This document shows, piece by piece, positions 28,629 to 37,666 of a stretch of DNA of 39,748 nt. A model generated the notes under the pieces. The model saw only the letters and a program-made list of their open reading frames with translations. It searched no databases and was not told the origin of the DNA. Within the stretch, counting starts at the first letter, position 1. Each line of letters opens with the position of its first letter. The position numbers were made by a program, and so were the translations under genes. The DNA comes from an uncultured archaeon (GTDB lineage Archaea > Asgardarchaeota > Lokiarchaeia > Sigyniarchaeales > SOKP01): NCBI GenBank assembly GCA_964388035.1, contig CAYLZE010000042.1, positions 1 through 39,748 on the forward strand. Direction: 5' to 3'.

Positions 28629-28847
28629 TCTTTTTAAAACTATTAATTTCCCGAAAAATTAAAAAATCCTCAAAATTGAGAATTGTTATTTAAAAATAAG
28701 CACCTATCATCATCTATAGCTGTTTTCTGGCAGGTATTAGCTTAATTGATGAAAATATGAAAGAAAATTTGAATTTTTTTTTTAAATAGTTCTGCTACTA
28801 AAGGATTAATGAATAAAGAATGAATAAGAAAGAGAATGATTGCTTAA

Positions 28848-29204
28848 ATGGGTGCAAACAGACCTAAAAAAGGAAAAATAATAGTATGGGGATTTTTTAT
28901 GCTATTAATCTTAATTATATTACTATATCCTTTTTATGGACGGTCATTGAGCACGAAATTCGGTTCTCCTCTCCTTTTAATGCTTGGGAATTTATTTTCT
29001 TCAATTGGTCAAGTTCTAATTATTTTAGGGTGTTTAATGCTTACTTGGGGTTTATTCACGGTGATCTGCACGAGATCTACAAAAGGTGTGAAATTAATGG
29101 TTCAAGGTGTCATAATAGCCGCATTTGGAGCATTATTAATTAACTTCGACATTTTTTCTCTATTTGGTTCATTCAATAATTGGTTCTCTAAAGGATATCA
29201 TTAA
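28848..29204 (+). CDS. Small 3-TM membrane protein
   Basis: Three hydrophobic segments and an ATG start. Confidence 0.7.
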   Translation: MGANRPKKGKIIVWGFFMLLILIILLYPFYGRSLSTKFGSPLLLMLGNLFSSIGQVLIILGCLMLTWGLFTVICTRSTKGVKLMVQGVIIAAFGALLINFDIFSLFGSFNNWFSKGYH

Positions 29205-29342
29205 CTGATAAATGATTGCCTTTTGCTTATTTTGAATATGCAATATTTTAAATTTGATATTAAAATAAATTAGAATTTCTTTCCGTTAAACTAAGATGTT
29301 TTTGTATTGATAGAGTTCAATACTGAATCAGAATAAATAAAT

Positions 29343-29960
29343 CTACATTACGTATTTATTAAGAAATTCCTTAGCTTTTTTAACGGTACTTGGACTTGTA
29401 CTCTTTAATTGCTTGCGTGCAAAATTAATGATTTCTCCTTTTTCCTTAGAATTTTCAAAATGATTTCCCAATACTTCGATAATATCCCCCCAAATTAGTG
29501 CCGAACGTTTCGGATCATGATGAGTTTCATCAATTTTCAAGAGTTTTTCAGTTACTTTTCCTAATAAATACGGTTTGTTATTAATAATTTCATTTGAAAC
29601 AAACACGAGATTTCTTACTACCATGATGCTTGAATCATCCATCATATTAAAAATCAGGTCAAAATGTAAATCAAATTTATTTTCTTTATCAACTTTGGTG
29701 AGACCTGCAATTGTACTCAATCCAATAACTCTGTGAAAGGCATTTTTACTTCTTGTTAGCTCGATGAAGTAATCAAATTGCGGATAGATTTTTTCAGGAA
29801 TTTTTTTTATTAACTCTTCTAATGCAATCGCATTAGGATATCTAATTGCTTCGTTTTTGGCAGTAATTGCTTCAATGACTCCAAGAAGAAGCGATTCATC
29901 TTTCATTACCTTCTGTACAATCTGTTTTGCAATGGGAATGGCTTCTCTTTTATTACTCAT
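29343..29960 (-). CDS. HEAT/ARM-repeat-like hypothetical protein
   Basis: Repeating helical units (IRYPNAIALEEL; HRVIGLSTIAGL; DDSSIMVVRN; SPSTVKKAKEFL). Confidence 0.7.
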   Translation of the reverse strand: MSNKREAIPIAKQIVQKVMKDESLLLGVIEAITAKNEAIRYPNAIALEELIKKIPEKIYPQFDYFIELTRSKNAFHRVIGLSTIAGLTKVDKENKFDLHFDLIFNMMDDSSIMVVRNLVFVSNEIINNKPYLLGKVTEKLLKIDETHHDPKRSALIWGDIIEVLGNHFENSKEKGEIINFARKQLKSTSPSTVKKAKEFLNKYVM

Positions 29961-30141
29961 AACTAATTAATAACTCGACAAATGAAAAAAGTTTTATTTA
30001 TATACTCGAGAAATAAAGAAGCTCCCGCTATTCATTAATGAATTCCTTTTAAGAGGGATGTCTTCTAACACCCACTTTAGAGTTTTTTTTTAAATAATTC
30101 TAAAATAATAATTCAACAAATAGAATTATTAATTTTGAAAA

Positions 30142-33100
30142 ATGAAATCAGAAAAAATACTTTTTTACTTAGTCTTGGTTTTTTTCCTCAGCATCATACC
30201 ATTCAATTCCAAGGCTTCAGAGATTACAAATAATTCGATTACCTTTCAACAAGAAAACCATGGGGATCATTTAGAAAAGGAATCCTATATTAAAGATGAC
30301 TCTGCATCTAAACCGATTAGTTCGAATTCACTTAATTATACAAATGAAATATTGGAAGAAATCCGAACAGCCAAATTGAACGATCAAGCAACATGTGGAT
30401 TTTTTCCCGATATCCATGTTTCTTCAATTCATGCAACGTATTACGCGTTATTTATTTTAAAAAGTATTGATAACTTAAATGAAATTAATCAGACAACGGT
30501 GACGCAATATATCATGTCATTTTATGACCCCCTATCTGGCACTTTCGAGGATGCTTATGTTCAGCGATATTTGGATATGGACTCTGATAAAAACATGTAT
30601 TATTGGTTAACTTCTCAATTAGAAATTAATTGTTATGCAGTTCTTTCTCTTGAAATTCTTAATCAACTCGACCTCATAGATGGTCAAAAAATGATTGATT
30701 TTATATGGAGTTGTTATAATCCTGCGAGTTCAGGATTTTTCGGTAGACCAAATGGTTATGAATTCTCGGGGTCTTTTAATTTATCTACTGCGGATAACAC
30801 TTTTTATGCTGTGCAAGCCTTAAATTGCCTAATGGAAAATTGGAATCAATATCTCTTAGAAAAAGAGCAAATAGTTCAATTTTTATCCGATTTGCAGTGT
30901 ACTGAAACAGGTATTCATTATGGCGGATTTTATAATGATTTAGAAAAAGACTTTAATAGCTTACAAATTGACGATACTAACCTTTTAGCTTCTTATTACT
31001 GTCTAAAAATTTTGGATCTTTTTCAAAGATTGGATTCTATAAATTTGGACACGTTTCATTCATATCTCTCTTATTTATATAATTCTGAGGATCATTTCTT
31101 TCGTATGGGCCCTCAAAATAAGTATTTTTCTTTTGATTATTGGAGCTTAGTTTCCACCGCTTTAGGTCTTGAGCTTGCCTATATTACTCAATTTAATGAT
31201 TTGAATATTACAAGTACACTTCAATATTTATTAAATAATCGCAATTCCATTGGAACTTGGGATAAATCATTAACTATATCTAATCACGAATTGCTTTATA
31301 CTTTTCAAATAATTAGGGCTTTAAATAACACGCAGAGAATCGGATCTTTGAATACTCAAAACAGGGAAGAAATATCTCAAGCGCTTGAATTATATTACCA
31401 TCAGAATGGATATTCTCTTCTATCAATAGATTATACCACTCAAGATTTACTGAATACCATTGTATCCGTATTTGCAGCTCATGACCAATTAAATTACTTA
31501 AATGTTAATGAAATTTATTCAAACATAGAACGTACCTTTATGAATCTCTCAATTCTTGATACCTATTATTTTTATACTTATACGGTCTTCGACCAAGATG
31601 AACCGCATTTTCGCGGGCTGCCTATCGATTATTATAGTAAAGGAACGCACGAGCGTTATTCCCAGATTGCGATGGAGGATGATCAAGAATCAACTTTTTT
31701 TGCCCTCGATACGCTCAACAAATTAAACATGTTGGACGATTTTGCCATGGAATGCGATTTGAAGGCGCTTCTCAACTCCATTCTCTCTTATCAATTTTTA
31801 GAACCAGGATTTCCAAATTATGGCGGCTTTTTACCTGATGGAATTACTCGGTATTATGGTTTGGACCTTCAAAATAAATATGTATATCCCGAGCATACCT
31901 TTTATGCAGTCCAAACACTGCAGCTTTTAGCTCGCTATCTCGGTTTAGGGAATATTTCATCCTTATCTCTAGATTGCGATGCATTGATTTCATATATTAT
32001 TAATCTAAAAAATGAAACAACATCTTTCCTCTTTTTCCAACCTGCTTATTCGGAAAATGAGATCGAAATTCTAAAGACCACTTATTATTTTATTTATATC
32101 CTGAAATCTTTAGGATACCAAGGATTAGACACTCAAAAAATTAGAAATTTTTTAGAAATGGAACTAAAGTATAACAATATTGAATCACTCTATTATTCTT
32201 TCAAGATTAACATGTTGTTGGCCCTCGAATTAAACTTTAATTATTCTGCAATTCGTAATTTAATTACCAATATATATTCCGAAGAATTACATGAATTTTT
32301 TAGCACTCCATCAAAAAGAATAGTAAAACAAAGGTATCTCGCATGGGTAGAAGAAATGGCAATAGAGAGTCCGCTTCAATTACATGTGGACTATTTTAAG
32401 AATATCTCCCTCGAATCATCCAATGTGCTGAGAGCAACATATTATAATATGATAACGAACGATGAAAATGAAAATATTACAATGCAATTTGAAAGTGCTC
32501 AATTAGGAACTATTCCTCTCATGCGACAAACTGATGATAGTTTTAAGGGAATTATTTACGTTCCATATAATGCAAATAATTATCCTAAAATTACTGGTGT
32601 CTTGTGTGTGCATAATCAATCCATTCTTCAAGAACAAGTTAATATATCCTTCTATACGAGTTATGAATTAAACTTGGATAAAATAATAGTTAAAGAAAAT
32701 GATAAATTAACAATTTCCATAAATAGTTCAATTATCACGGATGCAACCTCTCATAATTTGTCAAATTCAAAAGTGAATGTAATTGTTTCCCGAAACGATG
32801 CTATTCTTGATACTTTCCAGCTGATTATTACTGATCATGATCACTTTAGCTCCATTAATTTTTCTTACGTCCCCGCAGAAGCAGGTACTTATTCTTTTGA
32901 ATTCATGATGGAAAATGATTTTGAAGTAGATCCCATTTTTTTATTTTCCGTAAAAGAATTATTTATTACAATTATCTCTCCATCAACATTAGAAATTTTT
33001 GGAACGAACCCCCCTTACTTCGTATTAGATGCAAGGATAAAAGATTTGGAGCAGATATGGTATTCCATCGGGAATAATTCGAAAAATCATCCATTTTCAA

Positions 33101-34089
33101 ATAATTGTACCTTGGATCCACAAGTCTGGAATGAACTCGACGAAGGAATTATAAATGTAACATTTTATGTTAATGATTCTGAAGGTAATATTGGATTTGA
33201 TGAAATTTTGATAAAGAAGAGTTTATTATCCCCAGAAATATTAATACGTGAGCCTCATGTACATCAAATTCAAGGAGGAATCGCACCCAATTTCGATCTA
33301 AACATCTCGATTCCTATTTCTAATGCTTTTCTCCATGAGTCATGGTATACATTACAAGACACTGTTAACACTAGCGGAGCTATTTATTTTGATCTTTTAA
33401 CCGAGTTTAGAATCTCTCAAACTGGCTGGAATTTGATGAAAGATGGGGATGTAACGGTTACTTTTTATGCAAATGATACTTTAGGGAATATAGGTTGGAA
33501 AAGCGTTCATATTCAAAAAGATAGTCTTTTGCCCACCATTACCATTTTTGAACCGAACCAAACCAGTACCTTCGGAATAGAACCACCTTCTTTTTACTTA
33601 AATATCGAGGAGATTAACCTCAATAAGGCGGGATATTATTTAACCAATGGAACTTACACTACATCTTCTACATTCTTAGACTATATTAATTATACGAATG
33701 AGTACTCTCAATTTACCTACATAGGTAACATCGATCCACAAATTTGGGTGCTGTTTGGCAATTCTACACTAAGGATTGTTTTTTTCGCGGATGATCAAGC
33801 AGGCAACGTGCGGGAAGAAGAAGTAACAGTATATAAGGTTATCTTCACAGGAGTTATCGATGAGAATCACGCGGGCGAAACACCAAAAAACGATACTCCC
33901 CCCCCAGATAAGAATGAAATAATACCGGAAACACCGCCTCCATCTCAATTATCGGAATTGGTAGATTTAACGGATTCATTATCATTCGGTTTAACTCTTA
34001 CAATCTTGCCCGGATTTGTGATAAGCATCACGACATTCACGAAAATGAAAAATTTTAAAAATTATAAAAACTTGAAAAGAGGAAAGTAG
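30142..34089 (+). CDS. Large secreted surface protein with prenyltransferase/squalene-cyclase-like repeats, Ig-like repeats and C-terminal anchor
   Basis: Signal peptide. Repeats such as SIHATYYALFIL, GFFG..TADNTFYAVQAL, YGGF..NLLASYYCLKIL, YGGF..EHTFYAVQTL. Three beta repeats ending FYVNDSEGN, FYANDTLGN and FFADDQAGN. Pro-rich linker, TM, basic tail. Confidence 0.8.
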   Translation: MKSEKILFYLVLVFFLSIIPFNSKASEITNNSITFQQENHGDHLEKESYIKDDSASKPISSNSLNYTNEILEEIRTAKLNDQATCGFFPDIHVSSIHATYYALFILKSIDNLNEINQTTVTQYIMSFYDPLSGTFEDAYVQRYLDMDSDKNMYYWLTSQLEINCYAVLSLEILNQLDLIDGQKMIDFIWSCYNPASSGFFGRPNGYEFSGSFNLSTADNTFYAVQALNCLMENWNQYLLEKEQIVQFLSDLQCTETGIHYGGFYNDLEKDFNSLQIDDTNLLASYYCLKILDLFQRLDSINLDTFHSYLSYLYNSEDHFFRMGPQNKYFSFDYWSLVSTALGLELAYITQFNDLNITSTLQYLLNNRNSIGTWDKSLTISNHELLYTFQIIRALNNTQRIGSLNTQNREEISQALELYYHQNGYSLLSIDYTTQDLLNTIVSVFAAHDQLNYLNVNEIYSNIERTFMNLSILDTYYFYTYTVFDQDEPHFRGLPIDYYSKGTHERYSQIAMEDDQESTFFALDTLNKLNMLDDFAMECDLKALLNSILSYQFLEPGFPNYGGFLPDGITRYYGLDLQNKYVYPEHTFYAVQTLQLLARYLGLGNISSLSLDCDALISYIINLKNETTSFLFFQPAYSENEIEILKTTYYFIYILKSLGYQGLDTQKIRNFLEMELKYNNIESLYYSFKINMLLALELNFNYSAIRNLITNIYSEELHEFFSTPSKRIVKQRYLAWVEEMAIESPLQLHVDYFKNISLESSNVLRATYYNMITNDENENITMQFESAQLGTIPLMRQTDDSFKGIIYVPYNANNYPKITGVLCVHNQSILQEQVNISFYTSYELNLDKIIVKENDKLTISINSSIITDATSHNLSNSKVNVIVSRNDAILDTFQLIITDHDHFSSINFSYVPAEAGTYSFEFMMENDFEVDPIFLFSVKELFITIISPSTLEIFGTNPPYFVLDARIKDLEQIWYSIGNNSKNHPFSNNCTLDPQVWNELDEGIINVTFYVNDSEGNIGFDEILIKKSLLSPEILIREPHVHQIQGGIAPNFDLNISIPISNAFLHESWYTLQDTVNTSGAIYFDLLTEFRISQTGWNLMKDGDVTVTFYANDTLGNIGWKSVHIQKDSLLPTITIFEPNQTSTFGIEPPSFYLNIEEINLNKAGYYLTNGTYTTSSTFLDYINYTNEYSQFTYIGNIDPQIWVLFGNSTLRIVFFADDQAGNVREEEVTVYKVIFTGVIDENHAGETPKNDTPPPDKNEIIPETPPPSQLSELVDLTDSLSFGLTLTILPGFVISITTFTKMKNFKNYKNLKRGK

Positions 34090-34215
34090 TTCCTTTTTTA
34101 AAGATAGTATGTATTTTTTTTTTATTTAACTCTTGAATTTTGTCCAATGGATATAGAATTTTTTTAAAAAGTAAGTGAAAAATTATCCATTTACTAAAAA
34201 AATAAATTATGAGGG

Positions 34216-34428
34216 TTAAATTTCTTTTTCAAGTATTTGCTTAATAAATTCAGGCGGTTTTCCGTTAATTTCGCTGACTTCTTCTGAGGACTTGCCATTA
34301 TTCATGACAGATAAAAAAGAAACGAAGACATTTCGAATTTCTTCAAAGAATTGATTATCATTAAACGCCCTAGACGGAAGATAATTATATATCTCATTTC
34401 TTATGTTTAGAGTCATCATTTTTACCAT
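34216..34428 (-). CDS. Small hypothetical protein (70 aa)
   Basis: ATG start, plausible composition, isolated between AT-rich spacers. Confidence 0.5.
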   Translation of the reverse strand: MVKMMTLNIRNEIYNYLPSRAFNDNQFFEEIRNVFVSFLSVMNNGKSSEEVSEINGKPPEFIKQILEKEI

Positions 34429-34679
34429 TTTTTAAAATATATTTTAAATCCTTATTATTAAAAAAAAAAGAAATTGTCTCACCATTTTTTAATCATCATA
34501 CTAAATAATTAAATAAGAGGACTGTGCTGTTTTTCTAATTTTGTCGAGAATTAAATTAAGTTCAATTTTTGGGAAAAAATAGATTATATTAAAATGTGAT
34601 ATTTTACATTTAAATCCAAATTCAATTAAGAGAGCATTTTTCAATTTTTTTTTTAAATATTTTCATTATAATACTATCT

Positions 34680-35936
34680 TTGAATATGAATGAAGATTGT
34701 TTAGGATTAAATAATAATTTGGTAGATGAGCAGGAAAAATCTTCCGTGATGGAAGGAATTCCTAACCATTTCCTGGAAGAAATATCAACAGATTCTTGTA
34801 ATGATAAATCTGAAGTATCGAATTATCTGGAAAATGCTTTAGAAAATGGTGAGGTTTATCACAATTCTCAAGTTGAGTCCCAGTTGTCACCCCTTTCACC
34901 AAGTTCTTTAATTTTACCTCCTGCAGATAAAGATAAACTTCTTTCCTCCGCGACCAATTTACTAAGGAATCTAGGTTTTGCAATTTTTCATCCCTCAAAA
35001 GAGAATTTCAATAATAAACATTTTTTCGAATTATTAGGAGTAAAGGAAATTGAAGTAGATGCTCATCTTAAACTAGTTATGTTTTTTCCAATTATCTTAT
35101 GCAACATTAAATGCCCCCTCGTGGTAGAAAACGGAGAATTAAATGCACGTGTTGAAGATAATAAACAAAAAAAAATTTCCTATTCTCCACTATTTCAGCA
35201 ATTTTACTCTAGTTTTGACGAAAAAACCTTGCTTGAGGAATTGAATTCATTTACCTTTATGGAGTCTGAATCACAAAATATAATACCTTCTTTCAAGAGT
35301 AAATTCGATAAAATAAGGCAAGCGAGAAAAAATTATTTTAGAGAGGGATTGGTTTTTTATAAAAGAGTTATATATCCTATTTTATTAACTGAAAAACCTG
35401 TGAAAACATCCGATTGGAGGATTCCTTTAGCATATCAACGCACTCGAAATTTACACGTAATATCACTTGAAAAATTAGATGTAGCATTGACTTACTTGAA
35501 TAAGCAATCAGAATTATATGAACAAATATCCCAACGTAAAAAGTTAAGAAAAGAGAAAATTATCTCGATTTATGATCTTTTATCGCGTGCGAGAAGCCTT
35601 TCAATTCCATTTTTAGCTTCAGGAATTTTCTCTATTGTAATAATGACCTTATATAATGGTTTTTTGCCAGAGTTTTTTAACATTTTAATAGGACTTTTCT
35701 TATTATATGTCATGATCCTAAGTTTCACGAGCTTAAAATATTTACAAAAAAGGAAACAGTTAAATACTGAGTTGCTCCGACAAACATATACTTTCAACCC
35801 TTCTCTTAAACTTATTCAAAAAGATATATACATGCTTCAAAATGAATTTTCTGAAAGCTATATCAATCAATTTCTTTTTGAATTGGGAAAGATCGACGAT
35901 AAAAAACTATTCGAAATTTTTAATAATTCTTCCTAA
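34680..35936 (+). CDS. Hypothetical protein with two C-proximal TM helices
   Basis: 418-aa ORF with an acidic N-terminus and a TM hairpin near aa 310-355. Confidence 0.7.
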   Translation: MNMNEDCLGLNNNLVDEQEKSSVMEGIPNHFLEEISTDSCNDKSEVSNYLENALENGEVYHNSQVESQLSPLSPSSLILPPADKDKLLSSATNLLRNLGFAIFHPSKENFNNKHFFELLGVKEIEVDAHLKLVMFFPIILCNIKCPLVVENGELNARVEDNKQKKISYSPLFQQFYSSFDEKTLLEELNSFTFMESESQNIIPSFKSKFDKIRQARKNYFREGLVFYKRVIYPILLTEKPVKTSDWRIPLAYQRTRNLHVISLEKLDVALTYLNKQSELYEQISQRKKLRKEKIISIYDLLSRARSLSIPFLASGIFSIVIMTLYNGFLPEFFNILIGLFLLYVMILSFTSLKYLQKRKQLNTELLRQTYTFNPSLKLIQKDIYMLQNEFSESYINQFLFELGKIDDKKLFEIFNNSS

Positions 35937-36022
35937 TCCAAAAACTAATTTAAAAGAAAATGAAATATTTTAAAAAAGATAGAACGGGATCCTTAAAAAT
36001 TAAATAAGGGTGGTCAAGTTAA

Positions 36023-36706
36023 ATGCAAATCAAAATAAAAGAATTTTTTAAATCCATGGCCATAATTGGGCTTTTCTTAGCACTATTTTCCACGTTTTGT
36101 GATTGGTATATTTGGAGCGTATATGAAGGCGATCTTTTAAAGGGAAATTGGAGTTATTCCTTATTTGAAGGTTGGCATTCTTTTTTGAATGAAAATAATT
36201 TGTTAGCTAAGCCAAAGGACCTTGATTTTCCATTAACTTTACATGTATTATTGATAATGCTAATTATTATCGCTCTCTATCATATAATTTTTAAAGATAT
36301 AGACAATACAGAAGATTTCGAACCTTTAAAACTATTTGCGCTTAGTAATTTAATGCTCCTAACCCTAATGGGATTTTATATTTTACTCTTTCCCGTTCAT
36401 TACTTAACTGTTAACCAATATTATTTCCCTTTCGCGGTAAAAATAAATCAAATTGATTCATATACCTATACTTATTACTATTCGATTGGATTTGGATATA
36501 TTTTGATGGTATTTTCCTTTATCTTAATTTTTCCTTACCTTATACATTATTATACGATTCTCGTGAAATTTGAAGAAGAAAAAAATAGTTTTGCATATAA
36601 GCGAGATAGATTGATAAAAGCAAATGTGGAAGAAATTGATTTTGAGAAGTTAATTGCTGAAGAAGAACTTGTTATCGAATTACAAAAAAAAACCTTAGAG
36701 GAATAA
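36023..36706 (+). CDS. 4-TM membrane protein
   Basis: Four hydrophobic segments, W-rich first loop, YSIGFGYILM before TM4, acidic tail DFEKLIAEEE. Confidence 0.75.
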   Translation: MQIKIKEFFKSMAIIGLFLALFSTFCDWYIWSVYEGDLLKGNWSYSLFEGWHSFLNENNLLAKPKDLDFPLTLHVLLIMLIIIALYHIIFKDIDNTEDFEPLKLFALSNLMLLTLMGFYILLFPVHYLTVNQYYFPFAVKINQIDSYTYTYYYSIGFGYILMVFSFILIFPYLIHYYTILVKFEEEKNSFAYKRDRLIKANVEEIDFEKLIAEEELVIELQKKTLEE

Positions 36707-36710
36707 CAAA

Positions 36711-37580
36711 ATGAAAAGCTCATATTTGGATAATAAAGTAATGGAATTAACCGAAATTTGCACGACAACTCACAATTTTAATAAACTTGCAACCGTCGCA
36801 ATAAGCTTAATAAGTAATCAGTTAAACATTATAGGGATCGAGCTTGGATTACGACCGCGGAAAATAGATCATAACGAACTACTTTATCAATACATGCTTT
36901 TTATCCAAGAAGTAGTATATCAACATTTTAATTTTAAGTTGTTTGAAGAAGAATGGATCGATAAATTACGAGGAATTGAAATGGAATTCTCCAGGAAAAA
37001 AGGAAATTTAATAAAAGAATATATAAAATCGCTAAATGAAATTTATTATGAATTGAGAAAATTGGATCTTCCCGATTTAGCTATGAAAGTTAAAAAAATA
37101 TATCCTCCTGACGTTGATATGATTCAAAATAGTCTAAATATTTCTAAAGAAACAAAAAGTAAAAGTAATAATCAATTCTATTTGAATTCACTACTTTTAA
37201 ATAGATTGAAAAGGGAAGAAGACCAACTTGAAGAAATTCTGAAAGAAAATTATTCAAAAGCGAATTTTGAACAATTAATTCAGTTAAAAGCAATTAAGAC
37301 CCAATTACAAAAAAAGTCGAATTCTAAAATTCAAATAAGTGGAAAGCTTAAAAATAACGTCGTATACACTCAAACTTTAAATTTTTTGTTTGGGTATCTT
37401 TTTTTAGGAATAGCTATTGTGGGAATCCTCTTAGGTCTAATTATCACCATAGAATTGATGCTTGTGGGAATTTATTTTACAACCCTTCCTGGCGACTATA
37501 ATTTTTTAGTGGTTCTGTTTTTTGGGGTTGGATTTCTTTTCATTTTCTTGTATAATCGATTTTTTATGATTAAGAAATAG
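36711..37580 (+). CDS. Hypothetical helical protein with C-terminal TM hairpin
   Basis: Starts 4 nt after the previous stop. Two C-terminal TM helices. Confidence 0.75.
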   Translation: MKSSYLDNKVMELTEICTTTHNFNKLATVAISLISNQLNIIGIELGLRPRKIDHNELLYQYMLFIQEVVYQHFNFKLFEEEWIDKLRGIEMEFSRKKGNLIKEYIKSLNEIYYELRKLDLPDLAMKVKKIYPPDVDMIQNSLNISKETKSKSNNQFYLNSLLLNRLKREEDQLEEILKENYSKANFEQLIQLKAIKTQLQKKSNSKIQISGKLKNNVVYTQTLNFLFGYLFLGIAIVGILLGLIITIELMLVGIYFTTLPGDYNFLVVLFFGVGFLFIFLYNRFFMIKK

Positions 37581-37666
37581 ATGGTTATAAAATTCACTAT
37601 TTTTTTAACAGATTTAATACGATTGATGGAAAGTAAATGATTTTATTCCCTTTGACCATTAGAAAT

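Noticed and set aside
34009-34017. PGF near the C-terminus of the 1315-aa protein (PGF-CTERM archaeosortase signal)
   Set aside because: The PGF lies in the middle of the hydrophobic segment rather than at its start, so the match is unconvincing.
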